Of a stretch of DNA of 64,000 nt, positions 23,341-35,799 are shown one piece after another. How positions within the stretch are numbered: the stretch's first letter is position 1; every line of letters begins with the position of its first letter. The notes below the pieces were generated by a model. The model saw only the letters and a list, made by a program, of their open reading frames with translations. It was not told where the DNA came from and ran no database searches. A program made the translations under genes and the position numbers. Location: contig NIVC01003399.1 of NCBI GenBank assembly GCA_002269645.1, positions 1 through 64,000 of the forward strand, given 5' to 3'. This stretch comes from Macrostomum lignano. Taxonomy: Eukaryota.

Positions 23341-23731
23341 ATGACAACCGGCAGTCAAAGCGACATTCCAATGTCGATTCCATTCGAAATTGAAGCCGGC
23401 TTCAGCGCAAGTCTGCCGCACCTGCCACCGCCGCCACCGCTGCAGGCAACAACCACAAGTTCCGGAACAGGTGACACTTCTGGCGTTCGCGTGAAACGTC
23501 CAATGAACGCCTTCATGGTGTGGAGTCGGGCTCAGCGCCGATTGATGTCCAGCGCGAATCCGCGGATGCACAATTCCGAGATCAGTCAGAGACTGGGCGC
23601 CGCCTGGCGTGAGCTGCCTGAGGCGGCCAAGAAGCCTTACATTGAGGCGGCCAGCCGGTTGAGGGACCTGCACATGCGCGACCATCCCGGATACAAGTAT
23701 CGGCCTCGGCGGAAGGCATCCAGAGCTGCCG
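23341..23731 (+). CDS. SoxB-type HMG-box transcription factor, exon 1
   Basis: [34 protein letters not shown]...KYRPRRK is a SoxB-like HMG box. G|GTTAGT donor at 23732. Confidence 0.9.
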
Positions 23732-23764
23732 GTTAGTTGTACAGTGAGGGCGGACAGGCTTCCC

Positions 23765-24345
<581 letters not shown>

Positions 24346-24917
24346 GGCTGTCCATTAGTTATATTATTGTACTCATTAAAAAGTCCACACTGTCCATATT
24401 TTGAAAGGTTTTATTACACTCTGAAGAAGCGGAGCTTTATTTTTTAGGAAACTAATGTTTTGACATAGATAGCCATTATTAAGGCCCATATGGTGCATGG
24501 GCTAGCCTTACACCCCATTATCATCTGTTCCGGATCTGGTGCTCCGATTTCCGTAATTCTTGTTCTGTCCCGCACAAAGCGCCTGCAATACTGCAAATGG
24601 TCTTTGTCAAAAATGCCCCTAGGCCAAGCGTAGCAGATACCAATCTAGCAGCTTATTTGGGTGGTGCAGTTTCTTTGTTCATATTGAGAATTGTGTTTGT
24701 TTTTGTTCAAACATTGCTAAAGAACTCTGCTTGCAAACTTTTATGACTCTTAGCTTCCACTGGCCGCAGTCTTTCCAAATTATAACCTACTATTGTCTTT
24801 TAGATGCAAAACAAGACCTAGTGCTATTTTAAAGAGCTTGTAGATTAAAACTTATTTATCATTCACTTAATTTACCGCTAGTTCTCTTAATTCTGTGCTT
24901 CTAAACTGGATGGGAGA

Positions 24918-25690
24918 GGACCGGTAAGGAAGGGACAGGTGGGAAAGAGACAGGTGGGGAAGGGACAGGTGGGGAAGGGACAGGTGGGGAAGGGACAGGT
25001 GGGGAAGGGACAGGTGGGGAAGGGACAGGTGGGGAAGGGACAGGTGGGGAAGGGACAGGTGGGGAAGGGACAGGTGGGGAAGGGACAGGTGGGGAAGGGA
25101 CAGGTGGGGAAGGGACAGGTGGGGAAGGGACAGGTAGGGAAGGGACAGGTGGGGAAGGGACAGGTGGGGAAGGGACAGGTGGGGAAGGGACAGGTGGGGA
25201 AGGGACAGGTGGGGAAGGGACAGGTGGGGAAGGGACAGGTGGGGATGGCACTGGCGGGGATGGGACAGGTGGGGAAGGGACAGGTGGGGAAGGGACAGGT
25301 GGGGAAGGGACAGGTGGGGAAGGAACAGGTGGGGAAGGGACAGGTGGGGATGGACAGGTGGGGAAGGGAGGTGGGGAAGGGACAGGTGGGGAAGGGACTG
25401 GCGGGGAAGGGACTGGCGGGGATGGGACAGGCGGGAAGGGACAGGTGGGGAAGGGGCAGGTGGGGAAGGGACAGGTGGGGAAGGGACTGGCGGGGAAGGG
25501 ACAGGTGAGGTCGAGGAAGGGACAGGTGGGGAAGGGAAGGTGGGGAAGGGACAGGTGGGGATGGACAGGTGGGGAAGGGACAGGTGGGGAAGGGACAGGT
25601 GGGGAAGGGACAGGTGGGGAAGGGACAGGTGGGGAAGGGACAGGTGGGGATGGCACTGGCAGGTATGGGACTGGTGGGGAAGGGATGGGA
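24918..25690 (+). repeat. 15-bp G-rich minisatellite (GGGGAAGGGACAGGT), ~50 copies
   Basis: Read directly; ends about 65 nt before the Sox exon-2 acceptor. Confidence 0.95.
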
Positions 25691-25755
25691 TCAGCGAGTG
25701 CAGTCTCTGCCACGAATTTCCACGAAGTCTGCCCCAAAAACGCAAATAATTTCAG

Positions 25756-25893
25756 CGGCGCCGAATGGCTCATCTGGCCAACGTCGATCAAACTCGGCGG
25801 GGCTCCACGTCTGCAGCCTGCCGCTGCCGCCGCCACAGCCACCGCCGGCACTGTCGATGCAGTCGCAGCTTCCTTGCAGCTTCACCATCGGAT

Positions 25894-25932
<39 letters not shown>

Positions 25933-26135
25933 CGCAGCTGCCACAGACGCCGGTGCCGCTGAGGCCGCCAATCTGCGGCTGCGGCTGCAATGGCGTCGCC
26001 GTCTTCGAACCGCCTGGTTGCAGCTCCTCAGCTGCCGCCGCTGCCACCGCTGCTGAATTCCAGAGATCGTTGGCGGCCTCGTACAGCCTGCTGATGGGCT
26101 GGGTGGAGCAGCCATCGGCCTTCAGATTAGGATAG
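25756..26135 (+). CDS. SoxB-type factor, exon 2 (Pro/Ala-rich tail)
   Basis: aataatttcAG acceptor at 25754-25755. The phase-1 join gives a 256-aa ORF ending ...EQPSAFRLG*. Confidence 0.7.
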
Positions 26136-26239
26136 GCGTCTGTTTGACTGGGATTCGGGACTGCTGCTCTGCAGTTTAGTTTATCCTAAGATACTCACAT
26201 GTTGGCAGATTTATGACTAGGATAAAGTTTATTTACAGG

Positions 26240-28470
26240 TAATCATCAGTTAAGTGGTGGATTGATAGATAATCATCAGTTAATTTATAGATAATCCTCA
26301 GTTAGTTGATCGATGATCCTCAGTTAATTGATCGATAATCCTCAGTTAATTGATATATAATCCTCGGTTAATTGATATATAATCCTCAGTTTATTTGATC
26401 GATAATCCTCAGTTAATTGATAGATAATCATCAGTTAATTGATAGATAATCCTCAGTTAATTGATAGATAATCCTCAGTTAATTGATAGATAATCCTCAG
26501 TTAATTGATCGATAATCCTCAGTTAATTGATAGATAATCCTCAGTTAATTGATATATAATCCTTAGTTAATTGATAGATAATCCTCAGTTAATTGATAGA
26601 TAATCCTCAGTTAATTGATAGATAATCCTCAGTTAATTGATAGATAATCCTCAGTTGATTGATATATAATCCTCAATTAGTTGTTCGATAATCCTCAGTT
26701 AGTTGTTCGATAATCCTCAGTTAATTGATAGATAATCCTCAGTTAGTTAATTGATAGATAATCCTCAGTTAATTGATAGATAATCCTCAGTTAATTGATA
26801 GACAATCCTCAGTTAATTGATAGATAATCCTCAGTTAATTGATAGATAATCCTCAGTTAATTGATAGATAATCCTCAGTTAATTGATAGATAATCCTCAG
26901 TTAATTGATAGATAATCCTCAGTTAATTGATATATAATCCTCAGTTAATTGATAGATAATCCTCAGTTAATTGATAGATAATCCTCAGTTAATTGATAGA
27001 TAATCCTCAGTTAATTGATAGATAATCCTCAGTTAATTGATAGATAATCCTCAGTTAATTGATATATAATCCTCAGTTAATTGATATATAATCCTCAGTT
27101 AATAGATATATAATCCTCAGTTAATTGATAGATAATCCTCAGTTAATTGATAGATAATCCTCAGTTAATTGATAGATAATCCTCAGTTAATTGATATATA
27201 ATCCTCAGTTAATTGATATATAATCCTCAGTTAATTGATATATAATCCTCAGTTAATTGATGTATAATCCTCAGTTAATTGATAGATAATCCTCAGTTAA
27301 TTGATAGATAATCATCAGTTAATTGATAGATAATCCTCAGTTCATTGATATATAATCCTCAGTTCATTGATATATAATCCTCAGTTAATTGATAGATAAT
27401 CCTCAGTTAATTGATATATAATCCTCAGTTAATTGATATATAATCCTCAGTTAATTGATAGATAATCCTCAGTTAATTGATATATAATCCTCAGTTAATT
27501 GATATATAATCCTCAGTTAATTGATAGATAATCATCAGTTAGTTGACCGATAATCCCCAGTTAATTGATCGATAATCCTCAGTTAATTGATATATAATCC
27601 TCGGTTAATTGATAGATAATCCTCAGTTCATTGATATATAATCCTCAGTTCATTGATATATAATCCTCAGTTAATTGATATATAATCCTCAGTTAATTGA
27701 TAGATAATCATCAGTTAGTTGATAGATAATCCCCAGTTAATTGATCGATAATCCTCAGTTAATTGATATATAATCCTCAGTTAATTTATAGATAATCCTC
27801 AGTTCATTGATATATAATCCTCAGTTAATTGATATATAATCCTCAGTTAATTGATAGATAATCCTCAGTTAATTGATATATAATCCTCAGTTAATTGATA
27901 GATAATCCTCAGTTAATTTATAGATAATCCTCAGTTAATTGATATATAATCCTCAGTTAATTGATAGATAATCCTCAGTTAATTGATAGATAATCCTCAG
28001 TTAATTGATATATAATCCTCAGTTAATTGATATATAATCCTTAGTTAATTGATAGATAATCCTCAGTTAATTGATAGATAATCCTCAGTTAATTGATAGA
28101 TAATCCTCAGTTAATTGATAGATAATCCTCAGTTAATTGATAGATAATCCTCAGTTAATTGATAGATAATTCTCAGTTAATTGATAGATAATCCTCAGTT
28201 AATTGATAGATAATCCTCAGTTCATTGATATATAATCCTCAGTTAATTGATAGATAATCCTCAGTTAATTGATAGATAATCCTCAGTTAATTGATAGATA
28301 ATCCTCAGTTAATTGATAGATAATCCTCAGTTAATTGATAGATAATTCTCAGTTAATTGATAGATAATCCTCAGTTAATTGATAGATAATCCTCAGTTCA
28401 TTGATATATAATCCTCAGTTAATTGATAGATAATCCTCAGTTAATTGATAGATAATTCTCAGTTAATTGA
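26240..28470. repeat. 22-bp satellite (TTAATTGATAGATAATCCTCAG), ~100 copies
   Basis: Read directly; very homogeneous. Confidence 0.97.
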
Positions 28471-29544
28471 CTACCTGTTGACTGTCATGTCGTGGATTAC
28501 AAAATCAAAATTTAATTTATAATGTTTTCAGTAACGTTAATGTGTCTTGGTGTCTTACTCTTATATTGTGAAATAAACTTCTTTTTTGCAAAAATATACC
28601 CAAGTACACATCTTATCAAACACAGCCGACAAAAGTTATGTCATTTGTTTTACTATTTATAATTATTAGAAAATTAAATACTCTCTCAGCAGCTGAGAGG
28701 AACAGGACAGAACAATAAAAAACTGCTCAAAATTCATGCCGCAAAAAAGTCTTAACGGATTGAGATAAATCAACAAAATCTATTGCGCATCGCAGCAATC
28801 GACTCCCCAATTAGAAGAGGGGATCGCGGCGCCCCCCCCCCCACAGAAGGATTGTAAATGAGTATTATATTAGGCAAGACAAAGAAAACCCAGTCTGGTA
28901 TTATGCGCAAACAATAGCACAGACTCAATGGGCTTTATTCAGCTTCCCAGCAGCAGTCAACTGTCTTGAAGAAGCCGCTGCTCACAATTGCAACAAAGCA
29001 GAGTTGCTTTTAATTGTTTCCAGAAATCGGCAGCAGAAACAGCAACAGCAGAAAAAATCAATTTAAAAAAATAGTTTTTATTTTCCACAGCTAACTGCTT
29101 TCCGCTGCAAGAAAAAATTGGCTACGAGAAAAACCCCTGAGCTGAGTGTGATCCGCTCCGCTGCGATGACTGCAGCTTGGTGGAGAACAATAACCTATTG
29201 TTTTCGCCACCCATTGTGGAGCAAACCTTTGTCGGTGTAGAATCAACTGCTTTGTTATTTTGCCGTCTTCTTCAGTGCGCCCGCCGCCCTTGCATTCAAG
29301 CAGAATACTGTTTAGCATTGCCTGTACAGGTAAAAATATCCCAATTAACTTGGCATAAATGCATCGCGCCCACTCGGAACAGCTGGACCGTAGAAGGAGC
29401 AGTCATTTCATTTCGATTTCAACGTTTTTTATTGTTTTCGGCCATTTCAAAAACGATCAAACGGGAGGCATTGAGACGGGAAAATAGGAGTTTAAAAACA
29501 GTGCAGCATGTTGAATAGCTGCAGAGAAGCATGAATTTGGTAGA

Positions 29545-29940
29545 TAGCAGCTCACTGGAATTGGGGAGGGGCTGCAGCTCACTGGAATTGGAGAGGGGCT
29601 GCAGCTCACTGGAATTGGGGAGGGGCTGCAGCTCACTGGAATTGGGGAGGGGCTGCAGCTCACTGGAATTGGGGAAGGGCTGCAGCTCACTGGACTTGGG
29701 GAGGGGCTGCAGCTCACTGGAATTGGGGAGGGGCTGCAGCTCACTGCAATCAAGGAAAGGTTGCAGCTCATAGAATTGGGGAGGGGCTGCAGCTCACTGG
29801 AATTGGGGAGGGGCTGCAGCTCACTGCAATCAAGGAAAGGTTGCAGCTCATAGAATTGGGGAGGGGCTGCAGCTCACTGGAATTGGGGAGGGGCTGCAGC
29901 TCACTGGAATTGGGGAGGGGCTGCAGCTCACTGGAACAGG
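29545..29940. repeat. 27-bp minisatellite (GGGCTGCAGCTCACTGGAATTGGGGAG), ~14 copies
   Basis: Read directly. Confidence 0.92.
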
Positions 29941-30158
29941 GGGGGTGCTACAGCTACAGCTAGGTGACAAGATGTTGAACGAGCAGCTACATGTAGCTAA
30001 TAAGCATATATAAAGTTCTGGCACGTAAGCATTGAGGAATCAAAACACAGATTAATGACGTTATATTCTAGCTTTACATGTAAATCCTGATCACACAACT
30101 TTAGCGACATTTTAATCAGAATTAAGCACACAGAATCTTTTAAAAAGTTAAACGAACG

Positions 30159-30419
30159 TCACGCTCTGTTTTCTGTCACAGAATCCTGGTCGTGCTGCAT
30201 CTCCTGGAAGCGAGCCTTCACTTTGTTTCTGAGCACGTTCTGCCTTCTGTGAAGTAGAATTCGCTGGTAAAGCAGCACAAGATTTTCCAGAGTGACAATC
30301 AGCAGTAGGAGCAGTAGGATAACCAGAACTACAATGACCAGTGGCTGCTTGTAGAATACATAGTCTGCAGTCTTCTCCTTTGTGCTGAGGCTATAAAACT
30401 CTTTTATGCTGAATGACAT
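30159..30419 (-). CDS. Candidate 86-aa single-pass membrane microprotein
   Basis: ATG in aaaaaatcgccATG context. One hydrophobic run (PLVIVVLVILLLLLLIVTL) is followed by a basic, helical-looking tail. Non-repetitive and more GC-rich than its flanks; no family recognised. Confidence 0.45.
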   Translation of the reverse strand: MSFSIKEFYSLSTKEKTADYVFYKQPLVIVVLVILLLLLLIVTLENLVLLYQRILLHRRQNVLRNKVKARFQEMQHDQDSVTENRA

Positions 30420-30651
30420 GGCGATTTTTTGCTTTTTAAACCAATGATTTATAATTGCATGAATGATTAAGTAATGTACGTGTCTTACCGTTCAAATTTA
30501 TGAAAAGTTTGGTCTGGAAGTCTATGGTGAAAATCGTTGACGTACGAATGCAAATTTTTAATGTGCTACTTTTTGTGTTTTTTTAACCAATTTGGTTTCA
30601 CCGGTGCTTGATAGAATTGGTACACGCTCATATAGGTGTCAACTGTGATAA

Positions 30652-31125
30652 TTAGGTCATAGGGATCCATAAGGACTTAGTGGAGGTCATAGGGATCCAT
30701 AAGGACTTAGTGGAGGTCATAGGGATCCATAAGGACTTAGTGGAGGTCATAGGGATCCATAGGGACTTAGTGGAGGTCATAGGGATCCATAAGGACTTAG
30801 TGAAGGTCATAGGGATCCATAAGGACTTAGTGAAGGTCATAGGGATCCATAAGGACTTAGTGAAGGTCATAGGGATCCATAAGGACTTAGTGGAGGTCAT
30901 AGGGATCCATAGGGACTTAGTGGAGGTCATAGGGATCCATAGGGACTTAGTGGAGGTCATAGGGATCCATAGGGACTTAGTGGAGGTCATAGGGATCCAT
31001 AAGGACTTAGTGGAGGTCGTGGGGATCCATAAGGACTTAGTGGAGGTCATAGGGATCCATAGGGACTTAGTGGATGATAGGGATCCATAGGGACTTAGTG
31101 GAGGTCGTAGGGATCCATAAGGACT
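30652..31125. repeat. 30-bp minisatellite (GGAGGTCATAGGGATCCATAAGGACTTAGT), ~16 copies
   Basis: Read directly. Confidence 0.95.
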
Positions 31126-31544
31126 TTGGGGAGAACATACTCGTAGGGATCCATACGACTTATCATATATTCTTTTAGCGATCGTATTCCAGGTAGAGTA
31201 AAATTATCTTGAAATTTGAGTAGAAAACAGCAGAATTTCAACAACCCTTGCGGGACAGCACTAAGGCGTTTCCGTCCTTACCAACCGGTTTCCCGTAAAA
31301 TCCCGTAAAAGAGTCGTATCTAATAACCGAACCAGTATTTTAAACAGTTTTGTAATAGTTAGCCAAGCAGAGGGGCGGGTGGGGCTGCGTCAGAAAGAGA
31401 TTCTTGGCATTCTTCGCCTCACAATGAAAAGATGTTTACTTATCAGACCCATCTGTGTGCCCATGCTTGGTAAAGAATAAGACAGATAGCTATTCTACAC
31501 AGAATAATACTTTGGTCTAAGCTAAGCGCCAAGCTTGCCCACCT

Positions 31545-31575
<31 letters not shown>

Positions 31576-31707
31576 TCTATAGAACAAAAAGTCTAGAAAA
31601 ATGGATAGAAATAAAAACGACGACTGTGAATAGTAGGCGCAGGGGTCAACCTAGCTAACAGCCTGCACTCGGTTGTTTTAGCTTCTAACAAGCTTTCAAG
31701 CCTAGAT

Positions 31708-32131
31708 ATGTCTGAACTCGAAATGGAGCAGCAGATGGAGCAGCAGCTTGAGCAGCAGATGGAGCAGCAGCTTGAGCAGCAGTTTGAGCAGCAGCTTGAG
31801 CAGCGGACCAATTCCGCTCCAATCGTCGTTGACGAAGAGTTCAACGAGGAGTGCCTGGAGGCGCACAACGAATGCCGGGAACTGCACGGCTGTCCACCGT
31901 TGGAGCTGTCGGAGAAGCTGGCTAGGAGTGCTCAGGCTTGGGCCAACCACCTGGCCAGTCTTGGCCGGCTGCAGCACAGCACGCCCAACCCGAGAGGCAG
32001 CTACGGCGAGAACATAGCCATGAAGATGGTGCAGGGCAGTCAGGAGTACAGGGGCAGTCAGTGCACGGCGCAGTGGTACTCGGAGATTGAGATGTACGAC
32101 TTCAACGGCGGAGAGAACCAGATGAATTGCG
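31708..32131 (+). CDS. Double-CAP (SCP/GAPR-1-like) protein, exon 1
   Basis: ECLEAHNECRELHG.PPL...AQAWANHLA...LQHS...YGENIAM...WYSEIEMYDF. No signal peptide. G|GTCAGT donor at 32132. Confidence 0.9.
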
Positions 32132-32156
32132 GTCAGTTGAGAACTACCTGCCTGGC

Positions 32157-32870
32157 TGGGGCACCGATGCTGTAGTTATCTCCCTGGCTGGAGTGGAGGG
32201 GCTGGGGCACCGATGCTGTAATTATCTCCCTGGCTGGAGTGGAGGGGCTGGGGCACCGATGCTGTAATTATCTCCCTGGCTGGGGTGGAGGGGCTGGGGC
32301 ACCGATGCTGTAATTATCTCCCTGGCTGGAGTGGAGGGGCTGGGGCACCGATGCTGTAATTATCTCCCTGGCTGGGGTGGAGGGGCTGGGGCACCGATGC
32401 TGTAATTATCTCCCTGGCTGGGGTGGAGGGGCTGGGGCACCGATGCTGTAATTATCTCCCTGGCTGGAGTGGAGGGGCTGGGGCACCGATGCTGTAATTA
32501 TCTCCCTGGCTGGGGTGGAGGGGCTGGGGCACCGATGCTGTAATTATCTCCCTGGCTGGAGTGGAGGGGCTGGGGCACCGATGCTGTAATTATCTACCTG
32601 GCTGGGGTGGAGGGGCTGGGGCACCGATGCTGTAGTTATATCCCTGGCTGGGGTGGAGGGGCTGGGGGCACCGATGCTGTAGTTATATCCCTGGCTGGGG
32701 TGGAGGGGCTGGGGCACCGATGCTGTAGTTATATCCCTGGCTGGGGTGGAGGGTCTGGGGCACCGATGCTGTAATTATCTACCTGGCTGGGGTGGAGGGG
32801 CTGGGGCACCGATGCTCTAATTATCTACCTGGCTGGGGTGGAGGGTCTGGGGCACCGATTATCTACCTGG
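32157..32870. repeat. 46-bp minisatellite filling CAP intron 1, ~15 copies
   Basis: Unit GGGGCACCGATGCTGTAATTATCTCCCTGGCTGGRGTGGAGGGGCT. Confidence 0.95.
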
Positions 32871-32913
32871 GGCATCGATGCTGCAATTATCTGCTGTCCC
32901 GTGTTAACTGCAG

Positions 32914-33099
32914 GTCACTTCTCTCAGGTGGTGTGGAAGAGCACCAAGGAGGCCGGCTTCGGGAAGGCGATGGCACCAGACGGCAAGATGTTCACAGTCG
33001 GGCAGTACTCTCCCCCGGGCAACTTCATGAACAAGTGGCGCGCCAACATTCCCGCGCCCCTGTCTGGTGAGATTTGGGTGCCGACGCGCGACGATATCA
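32914..33099 (+). CDS. Double-CAP protein, exon 2
   Basis: CAG acceptor; phase-1 join gives GHFSQVVWKSTKEAGFGKA...VGQYSPPGN. Donor A|GTGAGT at 33100; a same-phase alternative donor lies at 33067. Confidence 0.85.
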
Positions 33100-33169
33100 G
33101 TGAGTGCCAAGATAACATAAATTGTTAAATCGTTTCATTCTGCAAGTTTTAAGATTCAGAGAATGAGCT

Positions 33170-33555
33170 GCAATGAGAAGGGGAAGAGAGACTGGAGATG
33201 AGATGGGAAAGAGAGACTGGAAATGAGATACGGAAGAGAGACTGGAAATTAGATGAGGAAGAGAGACTAGAAATGAAGTGGGGAAGAGAGACTGGAGATG
33301 AGATGAGAGAGAGAGACTGGAGATGAGATGGGGAAGAGAGACTGGAGATGAGATGAGAGAGAGAGACTGGAGATGAGATGGGGAAGAGAGACTGGAGATG
33401 AGATGAGAGAGAGAGACTGGAGATGAGATGGGGAAGGAGACTGGAGATGAGATGAGAGAGAGAGACTGGAGATGAGATGAGGAAAAGAGAGCCTGTAGAT
33501 GAGATGGGTAAGAGAGACTATAGATAAAGATGGAGTGAGACTGCAGATGAAAAGA
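33170..33555. repeat. GA-rich repeat (GAGAGACTGGAGATGAGATG) in CAP intron 2
   Basis: Read directly. Confidence 0.85.
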
Positions 33556-33596
33556 ATGGACAGGTGGAGCATTATCCAGTCCCTTGTCACGAACAG

Positions 33597-34340
33597 TGGG
33601 CGGCCAAAGCTCGCAGCAGCAGCAGCAGCCGCAGCAGTACATCAAGCAGCAGCCGCAGCAGCCACAGCAGTACATCAAGCAGCAGCCGCAGCAGCCCCAG
33701 CAGTCAGTCATCAGCCAAGGAGGCGGCCAGGAACCCGACCCGGCCGATCCAAGTGACCGGCCGGTTGGCAAAGCCACAAAAACTCGAATTGTGAACGGCG
33801 AGAAGACCGTGACGGTGACGGTGACCTTCGCCAGACCGGACGGAAGTCGCTACCAGCTGTCGAAGGAGACCACGACTAGTCAGGACGGCGGCTCCCAGCC
33901 GGCGCGCCCCGACATCGGCCAGGAGATGATCATCCAGCCGACTCGATTTCGTCGAAATTTTGCCGCTCCGCCGACGGTGTCTGGCAATGACGGCGGCGGC
34001 GAAGACGACGCCGAGCTTAGAGAGACATTCGCCGACGAGGTGGCCAAGCAGCACAACGAGCTGCGCAGGAGGCACGGAGCTCCGGAGCTTCGCCGATCGA
34101 AGTCTTTGGACCGGCTGGCGCAGAGCTGGGCCGAATTGCTCAGCCAGTCGGGGAGGCTGCAGCATCGCCCAGCCGAGGACTTCAACGACGCCAGCGTTGG
34201 GCAGAATATCGCGAAGAGGCCGGCGGAGGACACCAGCGGGTGGGACTGGCGGCAGGCTGGCAGGCAGCTGGTGCTGCAGTGGTACGGCGAGAGACACCGG
34301 TTCGACTTCGGGAGGCCCGACCCTGGCGACATCTGCGGAG
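33597..34340 (+). CDS. Double-CAP protein, exon 3 (Gln-rich linker plus N-part of the second CAP domain)
   Basis: gaacAG acceptor in phase 1. HNELRRRHGAPEL...AQSWAE.L...LQHR...GQNIA...WYGE. G|GTGCGT donor at 34341. Confidence 0.85.
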
Positions 34341-34354
34341 GTGCGTAGCCGGGC

Positions 34355-35185
34355 TTGGGCTGGCATCTCTACCCTCTGAGGGCCGTTTGGGGCTGGCATC
34401 TCTACCCTCTGAGGGCCGTTTGGGGCTGGCATCTCTACCCTCTGAGGGCCGTTTGGGGCTGGCATCTCTACCCTCTGAGGGCTGTTTGGGGCTGTTACCT
34501 CTACCTTCTGGGGGTGTGGATAGGCTGGTCTGTAGGTATCCAGAGTAGAGTTCCGTGTGTTTGGTTCCGTGTGTATGTAGGGTCTGGTTCCGTGTGTATG
34601 TAGGGTTTGGTTCCGTGTGTATGTAGGGTCTGGTTCCGTGTGTATGTAGGGTCTGGTTCCGTGTGTATGTAGGATTTGGTTCCGTGTGTATGTAGGGTCT
34701 GGTTCCGTGTGTATGTAGGATTTGGTTCCGTGTGTATGTAGGGTCTGGTTCCGTGTGTACATTGGGTCTGGTTCCGTGTGTATGTAGGGTGAGTTCCGTG
34801 TGTATGTAGGGTCTGGTTCCGTGTGTATGTAGGGTCTGGTTCCGTGTGTATGTAGGGTCTGGTTCCGTGTGTATGTAGGATTTGGTTCCGTGTGTATGTA
34901 GGGTTTGGTTCCGTGTGTATGTAGGGTTTGGTTCCGTGTGTATGTAGGGTCTGGTTCCGTGTGTATGTAGGGTCTGGTTCCGTGTGTATGTATGGTCTGG
35001 TTCCGTGTGTATGTAGGATTTGGTTCCGTGTGTATGTAGGGTCTGGTTCCGTGTGTATGTAGGGTCTGGTTCCGTGTGTATGTAGGGTCTGGTTCCGTGT
35101 GTATGTAGGGTCTGGTTCCGTGTGTATGTAGGGTCTGGTTCCTTGTGTATGTAGGGTTGGTTCCGTGCGTACTAGGGTCTGGTTC
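34355..35185. repeat. 33-bp repeat x4 followed by a 23-bp array (GTAGGGTCTGGTTCCGTGTGTAT, ~27 copies), filling CAP intron 3
   Basis: Read directly. Confidence 0.93.
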
Positions 35186-35236
35186 CGCTGGTATCATGAT
35201 GTTGGTGCATTCCAAAATGCATTATTTTCACAACAG

Positions 35237-35394
35237 GCCACTTCAGCCAGCTGGTTTGGTGCTCCTCCGAGGACCTGGGCGTCGGGCTGGCCGTGGACCC
35301 GGACACCGGAGACCAGTACGCCGCCTGCTTTTACCGGCCTGGCGGAAATCTGGCCGGCCAATTTGCCGATAATGTGCTGCCAAGCTACGATTAA
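35237..35394 (+). CDS. Double-CAP protein, exon 4 (terminal)
   Basis: caacAG acceptor; phase-1 join gives GHFSQLVWCSSEDLGVGLA...ACFYRPGGN...FADNVLPSYD*. Confidence 0.88.
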
Positions 35395-35799
35395 AAATCT
35401 GACAATATTCAATTTTACTACTGCTCTTCTAAGTAGCGTGACGCAGCAACTTTTTCTTTTTGAGTAGTTGTTTCTTTTTGAGTATACCTGCAACTAGCCA
35501 TAATTAAGCAAAAATCGAAAACTGTTTCTATGCAGATCGACTGACACTACTGCTGTGTATATATCAGTAGTATGATGCAGACATGTTTCTTACTGTTCAC
35601 ACTGTGGTGAAATAATTAGGCAACATTGAGTTTTGGTTAGATCAGATCACAAGCATTATTATTACATGTATCTAAATGAAATTTTTTATAATAAACTCAC
35701 CAAATCTTCATAACTCTTGCAGGCTCTAGCAAAACATGCGCTTGTATTTTTTGTTAGAATCTTTCCACACATTCACTTGCTTTTCTAGACAGAGCCTAG

